A stretch of DNA of 61,551 bases, counting the filler, from Ionaspis alba (Eukaryota), in NCBI GenBank assembly GCA_964255285.1. It is 7 parts of 7 records of this genome, joined end to end, with 100 filler letters (N's around TTAATTAATTAA, not from the genome) between each part and the next. Parts side by side here need not be neighbours in the genome. Positions count along the whole stretch, not along the records: positions 8,835 to 17,548 come from CAXUUL010000709.1; positions 17,649 to 26,360 come from CAXUUL010000710.1; 5 more parts are not named here. One strand, given 5' to 3'. The notes under the pieces are model-generated. The model saw only the letters and a program-made list of their open reading frames with translations, did no database searches and was not told the origin of the DNA. Of the stretch, positions 11,716 through 23,750 are shown one piece after another (the first letter of the stretch is position 1; every line of letters begins with the position of its first letter). Both the position numbers and the translations under genes were made by a program.

Positions 11716-14700
11716 GATGGCGTGCTCGTTTCAGAGCTTTTCTTGATTGGAATGTCAGAACGTCGTGCTCCCATCAACAAACAATGCTACACTTCGGGAC
11801 TTGCCTTATCGTTCTCTCTTCACGTTTGAATGGGTGATGTGTTTCTCTGTAGTATTATAATTGTCTTATGTTTGAGTATGTCGAGTTATTGGCGATATAT
11901 AAGCATCTGTCAGGAGTTTCTGAAAGCTATAGGAGAAGAGTCTCGAAGGAGTGACTGGACAACAGATTTGGATGATCCAAAAGCTGTCTAATAAGTATAT
12001 GCTGCTATATGCTCGACCTTATATCCAAGAGATGTCGAGGATCAAATGGACGGTATGGGCGAGTCAGATTAATAGGTGAGTATTTGAATCGAGGCAGATG
12101 CCGAAAAGAGTGACTAGAAGAAGATCCAAAGAAGGTTGAAGAAATTAAACAACCAGCTATGGACGATCCTCAGGGAAGGAGAAGAAACAAACGATGGACA
12201 AGAAACTGGGTACGAACGACAAGATGCTGATAGAGACGAGTGGATGGTGGGCGGATAATGTAAAAAAGAGGGCAGCGGCATTGCACAAGGCCGCGGGCCA
12301 CTTAGACGAGCGAAGTTGCCAGGAACGAAACTAGTTCCAGTACTTCCCCCCAGCTCGGTCCCTACACTTTTCCTTTCCACTTCCCTACACCCTCCATAAA
12401 CCTAACCACGCCAAGTTGCGACGGACTGGCGATGGGGGATTCGGGAGCACGACTGGCGCAGTGTCTTCCTCCGTGAGACCAAGCCAGCCATCCTGGTTGG
12501 TCTGGCGGTGTCCTTTCCCTTCTTGAACGGTGCATCCGGCGTCACTAAGAGGCAAGTCCAACTTTAGCCTTTTCAACCCGGCACCAACAGGAAGAGCAGC
12601 GTTATGCACCACTCAGCACAACTCAAATCCCTCTAGAGGCACTCGAGGACTGGCTTTGCTTCTTTGCATAAGCGTCGTGTGGCCCACCAAGCTGGGTGTG
12701 CGAGGGCAAACTAGACGGTAAGAGTGGCAAGACGTGTTGTTTGGGAAATTGCGACCGTCATCGCACACCCAGCGGCACAGGTCTTTGGTGGAGGGCCGGG
12801 ATGATCAGCGACTCGTCCGCGCGAGTGACTGTCACCCATGGTTGTCCTATCGAATGGACCGGATGCTTCACCATGCCGCCAACAAAGCGGCAAGAGACAT
12901 TTTGCATCCTCGCACTTCCCATGTCCAAGTCCAAGGCTTCCCGACCCATTCTTTTACTACCAATCCTACCGGCCGCTCTGACCGTTCAACGTGATACAAG
13001 CCTCTACGGCCGCCCGAGGCTTCGATCCATCACAGCTGCATTACCGTACCAGCAGCCGCTATTCGTTCAGCACACCAGCCTGGTTATCTGACCGCCAATC
13101 AGATTAGCCTCCGTGAAGATCGACAGCAATCGATATGCAAATCAGCGATTGCTTGTGGGTCACCGACATCGAGGACGAAGTCAAATGCTTCGTCAATCAG
13201 AAGCATTTCTTCGGCGCCTGTTTGACTATTCTATTAAGACTGGCGTAGTTGATCGAGTCTCTTCAGCTGTGACTTGCAATTCTATGATGCTAGCACAGTC
13301 TTTCAGATGTTTGTGCCAGCCAGTAAAACTCGGGCTTCTCTAGTGTACGAATTGTTTGTCTAACACCGGCTCGTAAAGAGCATCACAGGGATTCAATGTT
13401 CTTTTTGTGATGTATCTCAGTTCCAATAACTCCTGTATGCAATGTTTTTCGCATCAACCGTATCTGTCTCATGCTTCTGCTGCAGGCACACAATTTTTCG
13501 TTGCAGTAAGTCAGCGGAATTATCATGTACCGATCATCGATGATGCTTTCGACGGCGTGCGAAGCATACACGTCCCGAATGATACCTACTTTATTCTCTG
13601 CGGGGTTGGGACGCTTCTTGTGCTGTCCGACACCCTCCAGCGCATGAGCGGAACAAGCTGTTGATGTAATTGCGGCCAACCACTGGTCAGACTGTAGTCA
13701 GCTACGATGATTTGGTACTCCGAATCACCCATCAATAAGCAACCATAGTCGGTCAAACATTTCACTGGCTGTTCCGTTCACACCATAAGCGGAAAACTAT
13801 GGATGCCGATGCCTACTGTCCTTCATGTCTAGATGGCCACCTATATGCACATGTCCCAACCACTCGCGAATCCTCGATATCCTGTTATCTCAAACGCCTT
13901 CCAACTGCATACGAGGAAGGACAGCTTGCATAAGATTATGCGCATCGATACGATGGTGCACAACAGGATGTAAGCCACTGCGCCTAATAATAGTTCTTCC
14001 AATATCGCGATGGGAAAGCAGCGGCCCGACTTGACTCGTTGAGGATTCCGCAGCACGCTGCTTTAGCTGAGCAAGCTTCTTACTCCATCACTCTCTTATC
14101 AGGCTTCCAGAAGAAGGCCGTCAAGGTTCCAGCACAGGGTATGGCCACGATTCGCGCACAAGGCACTTCCTTGCCTAGCCAATGGCAAGTGTATGGTCTA
14201 CTTGAACCGTTTCGCCAGCTCGCAAGCATGCCATCGGCTAACGCAGGAACGACGCAGGTACCGGAACCTTCTTACTCACTTGAAAGAATTTTAACCTCGA
14301 GCGACACGGGCAAAAAAGTGACAGGCATGTGCAGAGAAGCACATACATAAATTGTGAACGATGGCACATATTTCAATAATCTACTAGCTACTCGTGAAGC
14401 TGACGGATTGCCGACCAACCATCACCAGCACCCCTGAATAAACTTAGATCCAAATGGCCCATACGCGTACAGGACGACTACATAGTACCAAAGACACTGA
14501 GAGCAGAAAATTTGAAGTCTGGAAAGTCAAATCAAATTCACAAACGATCCAGAAGTCTGCAATCGACTCTGGATTGGCCACTACAGCTCAATAGGCCCAC
14601 GCTGAAAAGTCCCAAAATGGGTGTGTGGGCGGAGGCGGAGTCTACGCCGCCTTCTCCACCGATCCTCCGAAGGCGTGACCGAACGTTCCATGGACCTTTC

Positions 14701-17548
14701 ACGCCTTCCCAAGTACGGCCGTTCGGAATGTTTTTCGTTCGATAGGCACACAGTTAGCTTATCGTCCGGTATGGGACGTCAAATGATGAGTCTCGGTGTG
14801 CAAGGATTGGGGGTGTTGTGTGTGCTCATGAGTCGGGACTTGGTCCTCGGTAAGACTTTGTGTGCGCGGAGCTGGGCGACAAGGCTTTTCAGGTCATGGT
14901 GATTTGTTTTTTTGGGGAAAGAGGCTGCTGGCAGTAAGCACTGTGATTGCTTCTTTTTAAGGTATCACTGCATCGATTCTGCGCGTTTGGGAGGTCGCTT
15001 CGTCGGTTGATCGTTCGAGAAATGGCACCCTCCCGACGCAGCATTTCGCTTCCCGAGGCAAAACACGCAGTATCTTCGTGCAGTGATGAAACTCGACTCT
15101 CCTCTTGATTCACCAGTGATGAGACTCGATGACGCTGCTGACTCCAAGCGAATAATGATTATCTTCCGCTTCCTTCCCTTCCCGACTCCGCAGAAGCTAT
15201 CGTAGTCCCCATCCAAGGAAACCCGCATTCGGCTCATCAGCAATTCCCACACCTCGTACTACAAGCCGAGCCATACTATTTCCAGACAGAATTTCCACGA
15301 TACTGCCAATTAAACTTTTCAGATCTACGATTTACTTTTGCTCTTCACATTTTGACGGCTTGCTAGTTCCACCCGTTCCCCCAAAAATCCTCTCGGGAAA
15401 TACAAAATGTCAACGAACAAAACATCCGCTTTAGGACTTCAGCCAGTGAGCCACCGTGCGACCAGGACTCGGACCTGCAGACCATGAAACACGCTAGGCG
15501 TCCGGCAACAAGGTCTCTGGTTCCCCAAGATCAAGCAGGCGGCCGCCTCGGCCAAGATATCGCTGATCCTATTTTCGTGACTAAATCTCGAAGTCTATTC
15601 TTTCTCGATTATCGAGCCATGAGATGCTAAACAAGCCTACGCAGTATGGTTTTCGGGATGTGAGAATAATACGGCACACAATCGTGGACTTTTTCTCCGG
15701 AGTTGGGGGCCTTGGGACTTGGAAGCCACGAGGTGGGAAGCCATGTTATTTTAGTTTTTGCTGGTCAATTCCCCATAACATGTGAACAGGCCGTGCGGGC
15801 TTCGATCGTGCAGCCCGCGGAACCATGAAGGATCATTGTTACTGGATATCTGCAGTGGAGTGTGTTCCGTGCCCATGAGAGGCCGAAATCGAATCGATCT
15901 TGTCGACGCCTTTGGGAGTTTTGAATTTTGCTTGAGACCGCCCTGACTTACTTACGAGGCTCGAACGTGAAAGGAGTCTATGTTCTGGAACTGAGTGTAT
16001 CCGAACCGGATAGCACAAAGAGCGGGATCAAGCCTATGAGTGCAGGAGGCGAAAAGCTCTGACTAGGTAGCTATTATTATAGCGATTGTAGCGGTCATGT
16101 CGAAAGCTCTGAGAGCGTTGGGGGCACTGGCGCCGTTGAGACTGCATATGAGTAGCAATTAATCGCTATTCTGGATTGGCAAGCCCCTTGTCCTCGAACA
16201 GTGAGAGCATTAGAGTATCCAAAGTATGACATGAACGGTGCTTGCTGGATACTAATTGTCTCTGACCTATGCAAATACTCAACCTCCCTCGGAAACTACG
16301 CCTTGAATTCGATGGTGAGAAGACAAGACACCGGCGGAGCTGTGCTAGACAAGCCGTGCTGTATCAGAGCCCCTTTCTCATCACCCGACTAGCTATAGTC
16401 TTGAAACAACATCTACCTGAACATTCAGAATCACATCCCTTGTTTATCGCACCATGCTATTCCACTTTGACCTCTGATCCAACAGACAACGACCTCGTGA
16501 CCCAACAACTAGTCAATCACTTGATCGAGCCACATGACCGTTGAGATTGGTGAACTGGTATGGAACACCAACACCAAAATAAAAAGGATGATATCGGATA
16601 TTGTTGCTCAAGGAGGATGCTGGACACTATGGGGTGGTAATCCCTTCGCTGGGATGGTGAGGCAATATTGCGTTTCTCCTCGAAGAAAGCGAGATCCTGT
16701 CATATCTCATCCTCCAGGATATCCCTCGCGGTTGTGCCCATCGCCGAGTCCGCACCAAGGGCAAAAGAGAACATCCAGAAAACATCTGACCCACGTAGTT
16801 CCTCAAAGACTTAGTACGGTCCTTGGGGCAAGATACAACAAAAGTCATTGCGAATAGAATCTGCTAGTAAATTCCATTCAAACAAGCCCCACGTCAAACC
16901 TCGCAGGAACAGGGAACACTAGTGCTAAAAACCATTAATGCAGAAAAAAAAGTCATGCCAGACCCACCATAGCGGTGCAAGAACAGATCACCAAACAGAA
17001 TTAATCATTTCATCCTCATTCTTGTAGAGCAAGTACAAAAAGTCGGAAGGAAGACGACCGAAGAAATGTAGATTCCCCAGCTTCCCATGCCTTTTCTGCT
17101 CCCACTGCTAACATATCCTTTCCCCTCAATCAAGGCTTCAGAAAACATGTCAAGCTCAGATCATCTGCCCATATGGGCCAATCATCCTCCGCCGACGCTT
17201 CCGCATCGTTCATCACAAGCCTTAAACATCTCCTTGCTCCACTCGCCCACAAAAAACCTCTGCTAAATAGCGCCATTCCCCAATCTGCCTAGCCTGCCAA
17301 GCCCAACGCACGATATAAATTTTCGCCCGCAACGGCAAGAACTTTTCTCTTCTTCGTGCGGCGGCGCGACTATAACACCCCCGTGTTGCCTGGTCATCGT
17401 GCTCAGTGATGGTTTTCCAAGCGTCAGTCGTGCCACAGATGGATGAATTGCACGTCGGGGCTTAATCCCTTCCTTATTGTACGTCTTAGCGCTTTTTGCG
17501 GTGCGCTGAGATATCAGGGGAGCGTCGAACATATTTCTTAGGGTAATT

Positions 17549-17648
17549 NNNNNNNNNNNNNNNNNNNNNNNNNNNNNNNNNNNNNNNNNNNNTTAATTAA
17601 TTAANNNNNNNNNNNNNNNNNNNNNNNNNNNNNNNNNNNNNNNNNNNN
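17549..17648. other. Artificial contig spacer
   Basis: N44-TTAATTAATTAA-N44. Confidence 0.98.
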
Positions 17649-17900
17649 TTATTATATTTTACGATAATAGTCTATCTAAAGATTAACCTTAGCAAAAAAG
17701 GATTTTATATAAATTTTAATATTATATAATTAATTATACAATTATTAAATATTTTAAAAAAAATTGATTTTTCATTTTTCCCACCCGAAAACGGGATTAA
17801 AATATTGAAATCTTATTTTAGATCGAGACAAAAGTTAAAAGTCCCTTCCATTCCCTCCCAATTTCATTTTTAGGCTGACTTTTTGAAAACAGCACTATTT
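17649..17900. repeat. AT-rich, RIP-like degenerate repeat fragment at contig end
   Basis: Abrupt very high A+T and TpA-rich sequence, with residual C/G often in CpG; no ORF. Confidence 0.55.
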
Positions 17901-18335
17901 GCACTAAATTGTTATATGTAAGGTTCATTTCGTATGTTAAACTGGTGTGAAGCACAATCGATACTATTCACAGGAATGCAAACACTGTTGTAATACGAAC
18001 CATATAGATGTGTCATCGTAGTCGCTCCGAAATTCGCGCTATACGGCTTTTCATCAATGAGCGCTTCCGTTACAGAATCATAATCATATCCTGGCTTGCT
18101 ATCTAAAGTTCGAGCCCACTGTTCCCAACTCTCCAAACTAGAGTTCCAAAGCTACATACAACAAGATCTCTTCTTACTCAGGCGACGGCGTAATCTATAC
18201 GAGAAAGGCGTGGGTTTTGGTGTTAGGGCGGCCGTAAAAGGGTTGGTCACGTTCGTAGCCTATTTTCTGCATATGAAATGAATCTAAAGGTGGTGGCGGG
18301 ACTGGATCCTTGCTGTGCATCTCCCCAGGTTGTGT

Positions 18336-20267
18336 TTACGTGACTAGAGTAATGTCTAGATGCGAGATGTTCGCAACGGGCGTTTCCACAGGTACATACC
18401 ATCCCGCGCCATATGTAGGACTAAATCCGCCATTGCCTGCATCGCGTCTGGCTGCGATTTTTCCAGTCATTTCAGCATGTACTCGTAGTCCCGCAACCAT
18501 AGCTATCTCTTTGGCTTGCTTCCTCAATACACGAGCGGCCTTGTTAAATTCTGCCAGTTCTATACGTAGTCGTACTCTCTCCCCCTTGGAGGTTTCTAAC
18601 GTCCCATTTTCCAGTGATCGCTGACCTCGCTCGTGAATGGGCTTGGCTGATGTGGAAAGCTCGACTGGCGTTTCTATTCCTCTCTCTCGGCATATCTCGC
18701 TCACCCGTTCACGAACAAGAAGTTCCTTCCGTATCTGGCAAGCTTCAATGGCTCTCCGAAGCTTCCGTCGAAGTCTATGGTTGTAGTTTAGAGCTTCATA
18801 GTCCTGGCCTTCACCAATGTCGAACTTGATAAACTCCTCAGACACTCCACCGTCCCCACTTTTCGTTGAGACGATCTGGGCTCCTTCAAAACCGGCGATG
18901 TTGGAGAGATCCACACGCTTATGGTTCAAGGTGCTCTTTAGCTTGGGTTTCATGGAGTCCAAGGACTCGTTCATTTTGAGGCTATCAAAGTCAACGTTGA
19001 CCCCCTTCATACCCAATGCCTTGGGTCTGATGTCGTCAATGCCAGGGGTATTCGACAAAGTGCAGCCGAACTCAGCACAACAGTCCAGCGCCAGTTCACG
19101 GTCCCGGGCAGCAATGGCGACGGCAATTTTCTTGGCTTCTTCATCCTCGGCACTTTTTATTCTCGTCTTGTGCCTGCTTTCTTCTTCTGGAATTTTGTAT
19201 TAGCTCAGACTCTCATCCACGCTGCGGCCATTGACCAACCTTTAATGGTCTTCCACGTCAGTTTGAGGTCTCGGTACACTTTGCGTTTCTCGTCTCTGGC
19301 GGCACGGCGCTCGACCTTTCCCGATTGCTGTTTCACTCGTAGCGCTTTCCTTGCTGCCGCAGCTTTTTTTTTGGCCCGTAGTACCCGACGCTCAAGTTCG
19401 TAGTCAGGTAGATCCCACAGTGCAATCCAATTTTCTTCACCTTGCGGTGGTGAGATTCCTTCCGGTAAAATCGGCCTTTGTGGCGGCGGTCGAGGCTCCG
19501 ATATTGTGGACCTCTTTTGTTGAGTCTTGCTCGGCTGGTTTTTGGAGGGAGCCTCAGAAGGAACGAGAGGGGTAGCATTACTAGCATTGAATTGAGATTT
19601 TCGGTCCGCACTGGTTCCATTGATCAGACTTGTGCCGGTATTGGTGACATGCGGGGACTCTAGACACTCGACGGAAGCTTGCTCCGGGACTTGCATAATT
19701 CCATTTGGTGCCGCGACATGCTCTCTCTTTGCTTGCTCCACCGCCTTTCGTCTCTCTTCCCGTCTTCGGAGCACCTCCAGGGAAACCACTGTCCCATCAT
19801 CTAGGGTGATGACAGGTCCAATACCGAAGAGAGCACCAGTAGGATCATGGACGGCCGCTAGCCTCTGCGCTTGACGTAACGCTTCTGACCATATCTTCCG
19901 CCTTTCGGTCTCGATTGCTCTCAGGCGGTTCCGCTCTGCGTTCTTCGTATATTTGTCGGGATTTCTTGTCTGAACGTATGTATCAGCTGCATCGTTTTAA
20001 GGGGCAAGAACAAATTAATTATACCATACGCCGGAGGATGGTAGCATTAAGCTTGCGTTGCTTCTTCTCGTCCGCCTTTCGGTTTCTCTTCTCGCGTCGA
20101 GCAGCTACACGGTACTCCCTGAGACGTTGTTTCCTCTCCCAATCAGGATCTAAGTGTAGGTAAACTTAGTTGAGACCAAGATCCGAATCGTGCGAACACG
20201 GACCTTTAGATATTTTCGCCTGATTCGGCATAGGTGTGGCTGACTGCCACTCCATCATTTCTTCCAT
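18336..20267 (-). CDS. Hypothetical Lys/Arg-rich coiled-coil protein, ~4 exons
   Basis: MEEMMEWQS...ISK|DPDWERKQRLREYR...|TRNPDKYTKNAERNR...GPVITLDDGTVVSLE...WIALWDLPDYELERR...WKTIK|EEESRHK...RPKALGMKG...YNHRLRRKLRRAI. GT-AG introns link the ORFs 19205-19789 and 18336-19058 in frame. Confidence 0.75.
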
Positions 20268-20579
20268 GATGGAGTTGCTGGCGGATAAGGTTGTGTAGAT
20301 GTCACTTGTCTTGAGCAGAGTAAGTCCTCGGGAAGAAACTTGTATTGCGCAATCAAAGAAATTGCTTATCCGAGGGCTTGGCGCGTATTCTGCGGTCAGC
20401 CTTACTCATGCCTCGGCCTAGGGACCGACCAGTATCAAAGTTGCTACGAACGTAGTCTGGAACGTGATGATTGTAAAAGATGATCTATCTACTAAGTGTC
20501 CATAAGGCCTTAAATACTATGGCGGTAGCATTTACCTGCTGGCTTACCCACATATACGCGCATATATACGGCTATACCT

Positions 20580-21185
20580 TAACAAAAACGGCAAATTACA
20601 GAGATGAACCTCAAAAACGATCTTTTTTACAATTCTGACCCCTATTTTACAAATTTAACCTTTTTTTATGCAATTATTTAATTGTTTTTTAATTATCGTT
20701 TTATTTGTTAAATCACGACGTATATAAATCAGCTATTTCTTATTTAAACAAAACAATTAAAAATAATATAAAATCGCCTCGATAAACGTATTTATATAAA
20801 TCAAAAATAATCAAAAAGAGATTATAATTGAGAAATTTATTGGAGATAAAAAATAAAAATAAATTTAAATTTTGTAATAATTAATATATTACGCTAATAA
20901 TATATATCTCGATATTATCGCCAATTTTTATTTAAATTTAAAATTTAAAAATAATTTAGAAATGTTTTAACGAATATATTTAAATTGTCAAGGTCGAGCA
21001 AGAGATAGTGTCGAGGGATAGGATTAGGTTCGCCTGGTATATAACTATAAAACTCAACCGCTATAAATATAAAATAATAAATATTTAAAATAATATTTAT
21101 CTAATTTGAATAAAATTAAAAGGTTACGATAAATCGAACGAAATACGATAATAAAAATAATATTACTTGCTTACTTACTTGCTGT
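20580..21185. mobile_element. AT-rich RIP-like relic, probably a degenerate transposon
   Basis: About 600 nt of very A+T-rich sequence with sharp edges; TpA-rich with CpG retained (tcg, cga, acg); no ORF. Element class is not identifiable. Confidence 0.6.
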
Positions 21186-21304
21186 CTAACGAGTATGTTC
21201 CCTGGATAATGACTATCTATCGCCTGAAATCCAAAAATATGCAAAACAGCCGAGTCCTGAATCCATGCTCAATCCACCACACTATTTTATAATCCGAATT
21301 TATA

Positions 21305-21339
21305 TTGGGTTGGGTTCTGATATCTATAACCCAACCCAA
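21305..21339. repeat. Perfect 12-bp inverted repeat TTGGGTTGGGTT-(11 nt)-AACCCAACCCAA
   Basis: Read directly from the sequence. Confidence 0.85.
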
Positions 21340-21482
21340 CCTATATTATGGTGCAGCGTATTAATCGCTGCCGTATAGCACCCTTGGTATATAGCTTAGG
21401 CCCTTAAAGCTCCACGCTGTGGATGGTTGTCTTCAAAAAATCTCTCTCTAAAACTTTCTGTAAATGTAAAAGCATACACCCC

Positions 21483-23543
21483 TCACAATAAGATTAGATA
21501 GTTCGAAGGTACTATTCCCGTCTCGTCATTACTATTTTTTGCCTGCCACCATCTGCCACTAACATCTGATACACGAAGGATCTCATTCTTGATGAAACTA
21601 ATCTCGTCCGTATTGTTTGTGTCTGCCTTGTAGCTGTATATTGCCTTGGCGCGGTATGGGTATTCTTCGCCGATGGGGACTGAAAGCTGACTGATTGAAC
21701 TATGACGGATTGAACTATGTAGGAACAGATCTTCTTCGCTGGTGGTGAGCCCTTGCTGTGTTGCAGGTACGAACTCGTCTGGATGCTGACGATTTGTGAC
21801 ACCAGGTATGTAATCAATTTGTATTATATCGGAAGCACGAGTGAGCACCGTTGAGGATATGGAAGCGATTGTGGATCTTGTATCGCCTTCTTTATTAGCA
21901 TCGTAAACCGTTCCTTGAGCCACGATTGCCTCGTCGTCGCTCGCCTCCAGAATTTCGTTCTGGTCGCTATCGTCATCGTTGCCGGATGAGTCCTCGCCGT
22001 CGTGATCGGACACATTGGCTACTTTCAGAGCCGATAGAGCTAGTTGCTCAAGATGCCTTCCTAGATGACGTCGTAGTTGCTTTTTAGAGCCATAAGGCAA
22101 GGAGCCAGGCTCTTTGATTCCAGATCGCACGTCACGCTCATGCGATTGTTCCAAACCTCGGGACCAGTCCTTGCATAATAGGCACGCGTTCCCGTAGAAC
22201 TTTTCTTCATGCTCTTCGCACCGTGACATGATAGCTTCGAGTTGTGGTTGCTCGATCTGCGTGGATCGCGATGAATACGCATCGGCATGCACTGTCTGCA
22301 GATGCCTTGCGAAAGCGCCCTTTGTCTTGACAGGCTGGTACTCGCAGTATACACATTTCCACTGTCTCCTGTGGACTTGTATCTCGTGTTCAAACCATCT
22401 TCGTCGGCTCGCAAACATGATCAGTCCACATGCTTGGAAAGTACAAAGATATGGTCTCAGGTCGTTGAAAACGTGTTTCCTTTTGCTGCTTTAGTACCTG
22501 AGATTGTACAAACATGCCACCACTTACTTCCAATGATGCTTGCTCCTACAGATTTGAATTGTATAACAATACGGGCATTGAAAAGGCTCTCCATATGATG
22601 AAGAGGCCGGCAGTCGAGGCACATTCAGGATACCAGAAACATCTTCGTCGAACACGGTTGGCGCATACGAGGTTCGCGAGCCTTCCGATTCTGTGTCCTG
22701 ACCTACTTGTTCTAGGATCTCAGCCATGTTGATTCCAGGTTGTGGCACGTGCGTCGTCGCTTTAGTGAATGCTAGACTTTTCGCAGCCTCAGACTTCTGC
22801 ACATTTGCTATGACCTCCGATGATAGCTTCTGATGATGCTCTTCACGATATCGCAGAAAGGCCCTTCGTCTCGTGATTGCATGGCCAAGGCGATCGACAA
22901 GCCACCGCTTCCTGGGATCGATTTCTCGGAACTTGTCGCGCACATGCCTGATGTCCCATTCCGTTGGAAGACGATATCGAGAGGTAGCGCGGTCGTAGTC
23001 GTCCTCAATTGGCACTTTTCTGATCAATATGGACAGGCGGAAAAGGTTTGTGATAGCGGCCTTGACAGTGGCGATCAGTTCTAGAGTATCGGTCGTTTCA
23101 GCCTCTACATGTTCCATCGGTTCGTCAAGATCCATCTCAGTATCGCTGTAGAAATCTGCAGCTACAGTGGCCTCTGAGGGCACAGCGATGCTCCAAGGTT
23201 GATTTCGGCTGGGGTCTTGTATAACAGTGAATGCTGTCCAATTTCAGCTACGAGCGTTTTTGGTGTCATCCATCGCACCTTCTTCCAAAGACGCTTTGCA
23301 GTGGCCAAGGAGCTTCAAAACCATTGTCCGAGCATCCTGGTCGTTGTGTAGACGGCTCTCTAATGAGCTAGGCAATGATGGTTTCTGAGCTGCACCAATG
23401 TTATTGGCCCATATCTCTAGACGCTCTTTCTCCGTATTCACGGCGAGCAATGTCGTCTCGTCGCAGAGCTGCGCTAGCTCTGAAAGATGTTGAAAGGCTG
23501 CCTCGCAGCTCTTGTAGCGTAGTGCTATTGTATCTGACTCCAT
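21483..23543 (-). CDS. Fungal helical-N-terminal / C2H2-like zinc-finger protein with a C-terminal Sho1-like SH3 domain, 3 exons (23543-23279, 23233-22528, 22479-21483), ~655 aa
   Basis: N-terminal [11 protein letters not shown]...[48 protein letters not shown]...[19 protein letters not shown]...WFEHE...WKCVYC...HL; CLLC...[11 protein letters not shown]; terminal SH3 [12 protein letters not shown]...EISF...GRWWQAK...[11 protein letters not shown]. Intron phases are consistent. Confidence 0.85.
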
Positions 23544-23750
23544 TGGAAGAGCTATCACTCAGGTTGGCAATAAGTAGATAGGTCTACATCACAACTCGAA
23601 GATTGAGGACTCTTGAGCATTACGTCGACTGGCTCATATGACATCGAGCTGGTGTTGAAGGTGGGGCCGTCCAGCTACCCCTCAGCCTCACAACATTGTA
23701 GTAGAGCAAACTTCGCTTTCTCGCATCATTGCGTTTTTAGGGAATATGAG

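Noticed and set aside
12114..17532. Numerous 60-130 aa ORFs upstream of seb1
   Set aside because: Overlapping on both strands, many with non-ATG starts and no domains; consistent with chance ORFs.
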